From Amoebophrya sp. A120 (lineage: Eukaryota > Protista > Dinoflagellata), in assembly GCA_905178155.1 (NCBI GenBank), contig CAJINV010000004.1:628629-692628 (forward strand): DNA of 64,000 nt, in the 5' to 3' direction. The notes beneath the pieces are model-generated. The model made no database searches. It worked only from the letters and a program-made list of their open reading frames with translations, and was not told where the DNA came from. The position numbers were made by a program, and so were the translations under genes. Below, piece by piece: positions 24,901-35,819 of this stretch; position 1 is the stretch's first letter; each line of letters starts with the position of its first letter.

Positions 24901-27900
24901 TGATTCTTCTCATCCGGACCAAATTTTCGGCGAGGAAATCCTGCCCGGCAACTGGAGGAGAGAGCAAGTGTACGTGAAAGGCCGCGGTTTGGAATATGGG
25001 ACTCTCAAACGTGACATTCTCAACTGTTACACGATTTGCGAGTGCAAGAATAGCTGCAAAAGGGAATAATAAAGCGATACCTTGCGCGTCCTACATTACA
25101 GATAATTTTTTGGCGCAGATTTTCAGGCTGCTCAGCGCTTCGGAAATTTGTCGCGCCGAGTAGCTTGATCATGTAGAAGAAGATGCGAGGGGTAATTTCG
25201 TATAGCAAATCATGTTGGAGCAGCCGAGAAGATAACGCTTGAGAATCCCATATGGAAACCTACTACGTGCTGAAAAATTCGTGCTACCAGAAGGAGCGTC
25301 CCATGCCGTTGCTGAAGCTATGAATTGCAAAAGGAAAAGCATCGTACTAGGAAAAATTGCATCACAAATTTTGTCATGCATGATATTTGCAATTACTTAG
25401 TACGAGCACGATACTTTTGCACAGGATAGAAGCCGTGGACCTACGAATTCGACAGCGCCAAACAGATATGACGGGCAAATTTGTCTGGGTCTGGAAAGAA
25501 AAAAATGCCGCTTGTCATGTGAGATCTCCACGATAACTAAAAATCTGCTTTGATGCATTTGCTTGCACGCCAAAACAAAAACTTTCCAGCTTCTTGCTTC
25601 TAAGCAGACGGCGAATGTGCTTAGTCCTCTGAATCTCATGTGGAATATGCATAAGGAAGGTCTAGGTCTCGCAAAATCTGTGATGCTTCTTCTGTGTGCA
25701 TTCCAGACAAAAATCATGACAATGCCCGTGGTCCTGCTCCGCAAGATGATGCATGTCATTCTTCTCGCAGTCTTCCAGACATATTTGCAATGCACAGCAG
25801 ACAATTTTCTACCAGCAAGTCGTCCGACGCTACTGGCCCGTGCCTCTGCACAGGGAAGACCTGCAGCTCGCTGCGAGCGAGGGCACGAGTGACGATCCGA
25901 ATAAAAGTATTTTAAGGAAAAACGTCCCCACCCCATAGTCAAGTTGGTAAATCAGTAAAGCACAAATCTCGAAGTTTTATTGGCACCTATGCGTGATGAT
26001 TTTCTAATCTGCATCTTATTTTGCACTGCTCGTTAGCAAATACAGCCGCATCACAAAGACGCCTCCTTGTCCTTCTGGTTACAGGATTACCAATCCCAGA
26101 ACATGACTAGAAATTCCTCTCATCCAGTTGTGCTTGTGCGTTACAGATGAATGCTTCTGCGGATGGAAATGAAACATGACAACTGGTGTGGGCTGCTGCG
26201 GACATTTTTCATTCGGACAAAAAGTGTTGCGGACGATGTGGAAAGCGGGCTCGGTCTTGTTGACCGACTACCTCAAGCGGCTTCTACAACCGCCAACCTC
26301 GATCTGATGCCCACAACTCCTGCAAGTAGTTCTTACGGTGAAGGGGCACTTGTGCTAGTCGAGGATATTATCGACGAGGATGAAGCGCCGTTTTCGTCGC
26401 GGGCGCAGCACGGGCCTAAGCATTGCAAAAGTATAATCGCGCCAGCAATACTTGCACAACGAGGACATCTTCACAATCACAGCGCCGTTGTGTTACAAAT
26501 GAAATAGAAAATTGTGTTTGTCATGCTCATCTAGCTTGGGAAGGAAGTCGATTTTTGTCATGCATAGACTGCATCTGCAACTATTACAACGAGCGCAATA
26601 CTTTAACTTTTGCAAAGGATATGGCCGAAAAAAGAGAAAAAGACGGAGGTGAGCAAGGATCCTGTGGTCCGGGGCGATGCCGTAGCCGCGGCTGGCGACC
26701 AAGGAGAAGCTGAAGGAAAAGCAGTGGGCGACACAGCTCATCTGCAGCGGTATGCACTGCAAATCATAATCAACATGTTCTCTGGGTCTGGAAGGATGCA
26801 ACTTTGTCATGCTTGTCCCACATCATGACTGCTCGTCTTGAAGCGTCCGCACCGCGTGAAGAGCAGGAAAAAACATCAAGCCTGCTTCCTGTCGTTGAAA
26901 AATATACTTTGATGCCATGCGGAATACTGGAAGCGAGATACACATACAAGGGAGCCCAGAAACTCGTCATGTGTGGCTGCCTATTGGTATTGCAATGCGT
27001 CGTCTACCGTAGTCCTTCACAAACTAGCATCACAACTTTCCAGGCCCCGACACGTAAGTATTTGCAACGGATAAGCGGGCCGATCAAGCAAGGGCTGAAG
27101 GAAACGGCGCCACCAGCACCGTGAATGATCCAAAAGGAATCCTTACCGACGACGGGGGTCGATCTGCAACACAACCTGGTGAACCTTCCCTAGGGGACCT
27201 TCTAGCAGCCGCCAACGAGGCCACTTCCACCTCAAGCCGAAGCAGCTACGACTCATCACCTGCGTCTGCTGGTGGCACTAGAATTCTCGCCTTCGGCAAT
27301 CAACATCTCGACATGGTCCTACTTTCTTCCGTCGCACTTTTGGTCGTCACACTGTACTACCTTTTTTTCCGGCGACGGAAAAGCGACGCTAGCGGGTCGA
27401 GCGGTAGTGCAGAGTCCTCTGGTAGCGCCGCTCTTTCGTCTTCATCTCCTTCCTATCAAATGGAATAAATGTAGTGTCTGGGTCTGGAAGATTGGCAGAG
27501 TTCTTTGACTTTGTCATGTAGAATTCAATTGTACACGACCCGCGATGCTTGTGATGTTACATGCTCTAGCGTCACAGCTCTCACAAAGGCTTTTCCTACA
27601 TGAGGAATGCCTTTTCCTGGTGGCAACAATCTGACTTGCCTTTTGCTGCTCATGCGATGCAGGTTTTTCGCCCATGACCGAAAATCAGGACGAGGACAAA
27701 TCCCATTCTACTTTCCAGATCCAGACATATTTGCAATGCATACTTCCAACAAACAAGACCGAAATGCACATGGCCTCAACAAACGGCCTGCGGTTGTTCC
27801 TGCAGAGAAGAAGTATGGGCAGAATAGAACAAGTCGAGAAGACAGCACACCCAGCGGAGAAGTGACACCAGTGCAGCCGGACCGTCGGTGTATCGGCTCA

Positions 27901-30900
27901 GCACCCGGGCTGACGAAAATGCAACTCGAAGTACAGCTAGATCCTCCAGAACTGTATGAGAGCGCACAACTCCCCCGCCTTCGCATTCCCCTCATTTGTA
28001 TATGCAAAATGAAAATTATACCAAGTCCTGCCCTTGCATGCGTTGCAGCACGATTATTTGTGTTTGCATGACAATTAATTTTGAAAATGAAACCTGAAAC
28101 AGTACGACCATCCGGGTGCAGACTTCTCGTCATGCAAGAGGCCACGACATATCTGCCGTTGCTTGTGTTCCTGCTCCACATGCGTTTGTTCAAACGCGGG
28201 CCGCAAGGCGGGAGTTGTGCGTTCTCATAAGTCGACCGAAAGCACGAACAAGCCGCCAGTGCCAAAACCGGTCCTGATGCCCGCGAAAACTGAAAAGGAC
28301 ACGAAAGAGACCATCGTCGTGCGACGAGAGATAGTGGAAGTTGCAGCTGCAGGTGTAGTTGACTTTTCATCTCGGCGAAGGCTACATGATCAGGATGAGA
28401 CGACTTCCTGGCATGAGCAGAACCTGCAGGCGAGGAGAAAAATGATCGATCCAGAGGAGATCCAGGATGCGTGGGTAAGGGCACTGACTGTGGTGATCTT
28501 TCCGCATTTAAGTACTTTGTTTTCGCCGTCTAGTACTTTATGCACGTGGCGGCCCTGCTACTTTCTTGATAGCTCGCATGACAAATTTTGCCAAGAGAAA
28601 AAGTGGAATTTGTAATGCGGATTCAGGTAGTGGTGGAGATAAAAACGTAGATTTGATGTCATACATGAGTGGGATTGGTTGTACGAGTGCGATACTGTTG
28701 CATCTAGTACATACTCTGAACCATTGTGAAACAGATGCCCCCAACGCCGATTCCGGCCATCAAGCAAAATTCCGGTGGGCACGAGGCGGCTGCGTTCGCT
28801 CTCGACCACGAGGTATTCAGTGCGAATATGACGTCTGGGTCTGGAGGGTTGGAACTTGTATATGCAAGCTTTCCATTGCTAGGAGAAATGTATTGTATTA
28901 AACCAACAAAAGACGGCGCAGCCTCTTTTGTCATGCAAAAACGCAGCTTCGCAAAAACGCAGCTTCTCATGCGGAGTTCCTATCAGAAAGCGCTCCGGAA
29001 AGTTGTCATGCTGGGCTGCGTCCGAAACTGTTTCCATCATCCACATTTTCGCATCGCAAGTTTCCAGACCCACTCTTATTTGCAATCCATACGAAGAGCT
29101 CCTTGACGATGTTCCGGCTTACAAGACGGAGCGCGTCACGGAGGAGGCTGCGGAAAAGAACGTGCTCGGTGCAGCTTTTACTGCCGTATCGCAAGAAAAA
29201 AACCGCTTCGCTGTAGAAAAAAATTGTGATGCACAGCATGAATGTTGGAACACAGAAGCATAAGAATTTGTCTTTCTACACATCACGCGATGCTGCATTG
29301 GACATCTGCCCGCGTTCTCGTCCTTGCTTAAAAGACACGCATGGCAAGTTTTCTTCGTCACGTGTAAACGAATTTACGCACAACCAATGCGTGGACTCGC
29401 GGGTGCAGCCGCGCAGTTTAATAATGTCTGTGATGATATACAATCCAATTCCAAATCCTATACAGTAAGAAACTTTTTTCGTGCGACATGCCGCCCCACC
29501 AATTCAATCTTCCGCGAGTCGGGTAGCGGCCACGGCGCCAACTACGAGTTCCACCAAAGCGAACTACCGAACCCCAAGTCCAAAGAGCACGAAGAAGAAG
29601 GAAAAAAAGCGGTCTGCGGAGGAGATTCAGAACTATCGAAGAAAAAACTGTGTTAGTCGTGTAGGTGTCTTCGGATGACAGCACGACATTGCTGATAAAT
29701 TTGCTTTGCATGACAAAGAAATCCTATCATGCATAGGTAGCTACAGCTAGTACATGAAAACGCACATGAGATAGGTCCTCATAACTGGTGGCTAGCATGA
29801 CAAGTGGTACTGGTTTTGTACAGCCTCGCATTGATTTAGTACGGAGTTAGAGTTACACTTACGCAGTTTTTCTCTGCCTGCATAAGAACGAAAAGGAATG
29901 CATTCAATTTTTCTGCATGTCGCCAGTAACCGAGGGTAGCGAGGACGAGGAGAAGTCTTCGCAGGAGACGATCTATGCATCGCACATATAATGTCTGGGC
30001 CGGGAAGGTTGCAAGAGGACTTGTCATGCAGGTTTTCCATGACCCATGGGATCTGGAATGCGAGGCCGAACATGCCGGATACGGATTCTGTGAGGTCTAT
30101 TCCGTTTCTGTCGTGCCGACCCTGCATAAGAAACTTTCTTTCAACTTGGTCAAAGTGGACATGACTTTTGGCAGTCATGCAACACAGATTTTTGCATGGT
30201 CCAGACGACGTAGCATGACAAGTTGGAGGAGCTCTTCCAGGCGAACCAGACACCTTTCCATTCTATACGGTCTTTGACTACATCGTGGAGACCTCAGGCG
30301 GCTCGGCGGGGTCGATGCGACCGATTCCGGAAGACGGTGGTGGGTCGTTGTTCGGGCACAAGAACAGAGTGGCAGTTGATGGACAAAGGTGGAAAATTAA
30401 ATAAAATAGCACTCATGATGTTGCGTGTTGAACAAGAAGCTCTCAGTCTACTGTAGTACCGGTAGAGTGCTGGCACTGAGCGACAAACTCAGACTCATTC
30501 TGATGCTTTTTCCTGCTTTTGATGATCGAGCAGCTATGAAGAGTGTACTACGCGTAGATAAAGCATGGCTTATTTTCAAGCTATTGTTTGAAAACAATTC
30601 TTCATGTAGTTCCTCGATGTCGATATTTGTCCTTCGAGAAAAAACATCAAGACCGCAAAAAAAAAAGGCGCGACCACACTCGCCCACGGAGGGAGGACCA
30701 GTCGTCGGTGATTAGTGGGCAACAGCAGGAGCTACTGCATCTTCCTTATGGAGTTCTCTTTATGTTACATTGATACGCGTGACGCAAGAACAGCAAAAGG
30801 GAAAGGGAAGAGCTAAGTACGTGCGCGACTAGTACTAACTTGCGTGAGGACGAACTTGAAGTAATGGAATTCGATCTGTGCTACCAAACGCATCGAGAAC

Positions 30901-31251
30901 TTGCCCCGCGAAGAAGCACAACTAGCTTGATCGTATGGAGGAGGCCCAGACTTACCGCAGATTTTGCATGACGATGAACCATTATGTGCCAGCTATCAAT
31001 GTAACGTTTGGGACCAGTCCCATAAGCATAATCCACCTGCGCCGCCTGCCTCGGTCGACAGGACCTCCGTCATCGAAAATCTACCGCAGATGAATGGCCC
31101 CTCTACCGACCACCTCCAGCAGTATGGTGTCATGAACAACGTGCAGCACAACCTGCAAAACATCCGCCGTGGCACCGTCGCCGATCCAACGCGGCAAAGC
31201 GCTGTGCTGTCCACCCGGCCAAGAGACAAGCGGAGGATTACCATGGCGTGA
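21910..31251 (+). CDS. Multi-exon WW-domain protein with one predicted transmembrane segment
   Basis: Splicing out 20 introners and one GT-AG intron keeps the frame. WW motifs WREIRHEASNRTYYWNVRNNVTDWVNP and WRSIVDEKSGKVYYWHSATKKTQWNPP (the second spans a junction). TM segment MVLLSSVALLVVTLYYLFF followed by RRRK. The junction at ~30390-30640 is unresolved, so the 3' end is less certain. Confidence 0.75.
21989..22331. mobile_element. Introner, family B (AAAAATCCCCCCTCCCCATA TIR)
   Basis: TAT..ATA; DR cggtc/cggtg; removal restores the frame into the first WW domain. Confidence 0.85.
22755..23076. mobile_element. Introner, family B
   Basis: TAC..ATA; perfect DR ccggc; frame restored. Confidence 0.85.
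23146..23326. mobile_element. Introner, family C-like
   Basis: TAT..ATA; flanked by cggtcgcc / cggtcgcg; frame restored. Confidence 0.65.
23407..23706. mobile_element. Introner, degenerate family A
   Basis: TAT..ATA; DR cggaa/cggga; frame restored. Confidence 0.7.
23764..24079. mobile_element. Introner
   Basis: TIR tatc..aacgtcccc / ggggacgtt..gata; DR gcatc/gcgtc; frame restored. Confidence 0.75.
24157..24418. mobile_element. Introner, family A (TGTCTGGGTCTGGAA TIR)
   Basis: TAT..ATG; perfect DR cggga; splits a WW domain (SG|KVYYW). Confidence 0.9.
24535..24840. mobile_element. Introner, family A
   Basis: TAT..ATA; perfect DR cacga; frame restored. Confidence 0.85.
24995..25252. mobile_element. 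Introner (distinct TIR)
   Basis: TIR tatgggactctcaaacg / cgcttgagaatcccata; perfect DR tggaa. Confidence 0.9.
25319..25428. mobile_element. Introner, family C (110 bp)
   Basis: TAT..ATA; perfect DR gaagc; frame restored. Confidence 0.85.
25467..25796. mobile_element. Introner, family A
   Basis: TAT..ACA; DR acaga/gcaga; frame restored. Confidence 0.8.
25908..26219. mobile_element. Introner, family B-like
   Basis: TAT..ACA; perfect DR aaaag; frame restored. Confidence 0.75.
26417..26621. mobile_element. Introner, family C-like
   Basis: TAA..ATA; DR gggcc/tggcc; frame restored. Confidence 0.8.
26751..27073. mobile_element. Introner, family A
   Basis: TAT..ATA; perfect DR agcgg; frame restored. 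Confidence 0.85.
27454..27742. mobile_element. Introner, family A
   Basis: TAT..ATA; perfect DR cttcc; frame restored. Confidence 0.85.
27955..28229. mobile_element. Introner, family D (TATGAGAGYGCACAACTCCC TIR)
   Basis: Strong TIR tatgagagcgcacaactccc / gggagttgtgcgttctcata; DR decayed (aactg/agtcg) but removal plus 5 bp restores the frame. Confidence 0.8.
28475..28734 (+). other. Putative canonical GT-AG intron
   Basis: GTAAGG donor and ..AAACAG acceptor; phase-0 join QDAW|MPPTP links the two flanking exon frames. Confidence 0.6.
28814..29091. mobile_element. Introner, family A
   Basis: TAT..ATA; DR cgagg/cgaag; frame restored. Confidence 0.85.
29187..29488. mobile_element. Introner, family E (TATCGYAAGAAAAAA TIR)
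   Basis: TAT..ACA; perfect DR tgccg; frame restored. Confidence 0.85.
29634..29884. mobile_element. Introner, family E-like
   Basis: TAT..ATA; perfect DR agaac. Confidence 0.8.
29974..30267. mobile_element. Introner, family A
   Basis: TAT..ATA; DR cgatc/cggtc. Confidence 0.8.
30747..31024. mobile_element. Introner (distinct TIR)
   Basis: TIR tatgg..gttacattgata / tatcaatgtaac..ccata; DR decayed; removal plus 5 bp joins ORFs 30588 and 30964 in frame. Confidence 0.65.
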
Positions 31252-32714
31252 CCGAAAATCTTCTATCTTCGCCGGTTCAAATGATCACTCGAAAATGTTG
31301 TTGTGCGACGAGATGACAACTTGAACTCCTAATTCCTTCTACTGCACCTCTTGCATCGTTCAGTACAAAAGAACAAACCGAAATTTGCAACTTTTTCACT
31401 CAACGCTAATATGAATATTAATCCTCGGAGTAAATACCATTTTCAGCTAGATTTAATACAACTGTCATTTGTTAATTTTTCCATCTAAACCAATATTAAA
31501 CCAACACCAATCTTACACTTCACCAGTCAGAAGATTTATTATCAGTGGATGCTTGTTGCGTGTAAGCGTGCTACTCATAGAGACAACTAAAAATGGCTCG
31601 GTCTTGTTCGCCGGCAGAGCGAATTTTCAGGCGCCGGGACGAAATGTCTTCACATTAATCCCTTTGCCATTTTGATATTTTTCCTTCTTTCCGACTGACA
31701 GCAACAACACCAGATACAAGGAAACAACTTATGTCGCGCAGTGGGAGGGTGAACGAGTGGACGGGGGGGGAAAGAAAAACGCCAGAGGGGCAAGGGAAAA
31801 AATTTTTCATGCAGGGCGGGGCCAGGCATCTGCGCCGCTTCTTGCTGAAAGAACGAAGGCGGAGCGCCATGTCGCCCGTGGTTCCCGTCGTTGTGCGAGC
31901 GCGAGGGCCCCGCCCGCACTGGGCGCGCGTTTGCTTGGCGGCAAGCCTTAGGCCCAAGCAATAACCCAAAGCGCGGCAGCGGGCGGCCGCCAGTGGACGG
32001 GGGAACAGGCCGCGCCATGCGAGGCGTTGGCGCGTGACGCCCCGTTCGCGCGTTTGCGGTGTGGCCCGTTCGTGCCGCCTGCCTTTGTGCCCCGCCCCTG
32101 TGCGCCTTGGTGCCCCCCGCCCTTCTCCCCCGCGCAGCCTTGCAGAACGGGGGCGCGCAGGGGCCCCTGCCGCGCGCGTGGATGGAGGACGGGCGCCGGG
32201 GCGGGGCATTCATACATTGCCCTCCAGGCGCAGGGGCCCACCACCCTCCCCAAGCACCCCCGGACAACAATGGCGCCCCCCGTGTTCGCCCGCATGCAAC
32301 CTGTTGCGCCCCCGCCTGCTTCCCTCGCGCGCACCCTCCAAGACAGAGACGGCGGATGGTGGCGCCCTCTGCCGGCCTCTTCGTGAACAGAGGGAGGGCG
32401 CAGGGGAAGGGTGGTGGGCAGCTGCTCGCCTGCAAGCCTGGCGCTGGGGCGCGACTTTCCCTTCGCGAACAGAGCAGGGAGCGAGGGCGCCGGGGGAGGC
32501 TGGTGGGCAGCTGCTCGCCTGGTGCTTGGCCGCCGGTGGTGTTCCCCAGCCACCCAACGGCGGCGCACGCTTTTTCAGGGCATTTCCAGCTGGAAATCCA
32601 GCTGGAAACATTTGGAAAAGGCATCTGCAGCGCATTTCCACCTGGAAACGCAGCTGCGGACGCCTTTTCAATGCATTTCCCACCCGGCCTGTTCAGCGGG
32701 GCTTTATTTTCGGT

Positions 32715-33290
32715 TTTTTTCCCCGAGTTGCTGTGTTTAGCACAGCTATTCTGGCTACCCGGGGAAGACATTGGCCTAATGGGAAGGCATTGGAGTAATG
32801 GGGGGCTACCGGTCTAGTGCCAGGATATTGGGGCCGAATGATAAAAGTTTGCTTCTTGTTAGTAATTGGCGCGCTCAGCATAGCTCTTCTGGCTACCCGG
32901 GGATCGGGTTTTCAGTACGATATTGGGAGGGTATCAGGATAGTGAGAGGATGTCTTTTTTCCAGAGTTGCTGCGTTTAGTACAGCAATCCTGGTCACCCA
33001 GGAGAAAGATTTCCAATAGGATAGTGGGAGGATGTCTTCAGGATAGTTGGAGGATACTGGCAACGGATGGGAAAAGTTTGCTCTTTTGCCCGAGTTGCTG
33101 TGTTTAGCGCAGCAATTCTGGCTACCCAGGGGAAAGATTTCCCAGTAGGGTATTGGGAGGGTATCAGGATAGTGGGGGGATATTGGCATAGTGGGAAGGT
33201 ACGGGTAAGGGGAGGGAGAATTTTGTTTGTTTTCCCCGAGTTGCTGCGTTTAGCACAGCGATTCTGACTACCCAGGGGAAAGATTTCTCA
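32715..33290. repeat. Dispersed tandem repeat (GAGTTGCTGYGTTTAGCACAGC..CTACCCAGGGGAAAGA)
   Basis: Four recognisable copies at ~32721, 32961, 33089 and 33235. Confidence 0.75.
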
Positions 33291-33494
33291 GGTCAGTAGG
33301 ACAGGCGACAATCCCCGTACAGCTTGCAGGGATGCGATCGCCGCCTTCGGTCTCCGGCTGCCTGATCGCGTTGCCCTCCTCGGACGCGCGATCAGCTGAT
33401 TTTTTTTTCCTTAGGGATTTCAGTAAGGAAGTGCCACGCGATCGCGCAGATCCGAGCGACACTGCAAAATATTTTGCGTTGCAAAATGTTTTGG

Positions 33495-33965
33495 AGCTGG
33501 GAAATATTTCGAGCCGGCAAATATTTCGAGCCGGAAAACATTTCGAGCCGGGAAATATTTCGAGCCGGAAAATATTTCGAGCCGGAAAATATTTCGAGCC
33601 GGAAGATATTTCGCGCCGGAAAATATTTCGAGCCGGGAAATATTTCGAGCTGGAAAATATTTCGAGCCGGAAAATATTCCGAGCTGGAAAATATGTCGAG
33701 CCGGAAAATATTTGCTCGAGCTGGAAAATGTTTCGAGCTGGAAAATGTTTCGAGCTGGAAAATATTTCGAGCTGGAAAATATTTCGAGCTGGAAAATATT
33801 TCGAGCTGGGAAATATTTCGAGCTGGAAAATATTTCGAGCTGGAAAATATTTCGAGCTGGAAAATATTTCGAGCTTGAAAATATTCCGAGCTGGAAAATA
33901 TTTCGAGCGTGAAAATATTCCTAGCTGGGCAATATTTCGAGCTTGAAAATATTTCGAGCTGCAAA
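33495..33965. repeat. 17-bp minisatellite TTCGAGCYGGAAAATAT
   Basis: About 27 tandem copies with no spacers. Confidence 0.95.
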
Positions 33966-35819
33966 ATGGCCGCTGGCCGCTCTGCAAAATGGCCGCTGGC
34001 CGTTGGCCGTTGGCCGACTTTCCAAATGGCGACAGCTTTGGAAAATTTGAAAACTGTAAAAAAATTTTCGGCGTGGACGATTTTCCTCCCCGTCGCAAAA
34101 TTCTAACTCACGCCGCTCAGCAATAGGAGTTATAAATTTACTTACAACTTCTAGAGGTGATAACGATACAGATACTTTGCAATCATTTTCATCCTTTTAG
34201 ACCACTATTTCAGACACCACTTTACTAGACAAAGTACACGACATCTTTTCAAAAGAGGACTCTATTGATGTCGATGTCCCAATCGTAACTAGGCACTAGT
34301 AGACCACTTTTATCTATATTCACTGTTCATTTCTCCCTGTACACTTATTTTTGGCAGCATAAAAGTAGACACTTCGTCGAATTATTCGAATTGTGTTTTG
34401 TTTTTGTTTACAGTTCGCAGTAGCGCACGGACGCGGCAGCACATGAATGATCGGGCACCACCGTAGAAGTGACTTTACCGACGTCTCGCTTGCGGGAAGA
34501 AAGCAGATAAGTTATACTTATTCTCGCGCATCTGAGGTCTGCACTTCAACTGCTTGTCACAGAAGGATTAGGATAGGACGGCCCACGAACGGCGGCCGTG
34601 CTGCAGACACGGTTCCAACGAGACAGAGCAGCAAGCGAGATACTTGGGAAGGCCAGTGTCTACTGTCTAGTATGTCTACAATCGGAAAAAATGCACATAT
34701 AAAAGAAAAGCAAACGCAGCCAGTATCTGACCGCGCTGCAGTTTCAACACCGTGTACGATATCAGACCCGTGAAACAACAAGAAATGCATTTTTGTCTAC
34801 TGCCTCCGTCCTAGAACAAAAACATGCACAGCACGGCAAACCTAATGCCCATTGCCTTCCAGTAGACTTGGCTGCGGCAGCACCAATAATTTGGAAGATG
34901 AGTACAACTAGAGGGCTTGTTATTGTTATCCGAGCTTGGTCGTGGCCATGTGCATGCTATTCGCATCTTTGTCGTTCTGCTGTTGCAAACAAAGCTCTGT
35001 CGTGTCGGGAACACCTCATGTTCACGGCCAATAACATCGTGCTGGAAGTCGGGAGCTATCGCTGCCAGCACACTCAAGCCTCGAAAATGAACAATGAAGT
35101 CGCTATCCTCATCTTGCCAGAAATCGTGTTTATATCATCATAAACAACGTCAAAAGTTGCCGTGCAAAAATGTTGATCGTGCGATGAAGTGCCTATCATC
35201 TGGCGCGCACGGGACAAAAAACTGCTCATCGCCCGAAAAATCTGAATCTTCGTGGGGAAAGCCTCGTACACAGCTTCCGTTCTCATCGTGTTTTCATGTC
35301 TTCTACTTTCGTTCGCTAGCGCGATTTTGAAACTTTAACTTTTATAATACTCAGACAAAAAATTTAACCTCTTGCTGAAGTAGATTACGTGATGAGGGTC
35401 TTATCGTGGCTGTGCTACGTAGAGATATAGTAAACATTCTTCCGTGAAGGCAACGCGCCTGTAGTGGTAGTAGCCGCAGACTTCGCAAAGAAGGTGCGTT
35501 CGAATTTCGCAAACTACCTTGCCACCAGACACGTTTTTTCGTTTTCCAGCAATAACACGCGGTTGATTTTGATTAGGGAAAGTACATGGTACTGGGTAGA
35601 GTAGACAAAGCGGTCAAACTCTACTTAGTTAGTTGGTCAAACTGTACTTGCGCAAGAAGACCGACTGCTCTCGACAACCTTCTGTAGGAACAACAGTGAC
35701 AAAGACATAGACAACGCGGGGCTGGCCTCGGCTACTCATGCAAGCACGGCTTCTGCACCTGCTCGGCAAGCTGGTGGCGCTGTAGTTGTGACAGAACGTC
35801 GGCTGGAAAAGGAAATAAG

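Noticed and set aside
33495-33965. CRISPR-like regular repeat
   Set aside because: Contiguous 17-bp units with no unique spacers and no cas genes; it is a minisatellite.
31602-34125. Large element with degenerate TIRs enclosing the 32-34 kb repeats
   Set aside because: Only loose inverted similarity and no matching TSD; cannot be supported by eye.
34400-35330. Possible small gene upstream of the SET gene
   Set aside because: Only short ORFs without motifs and no resolvable element boundaries.
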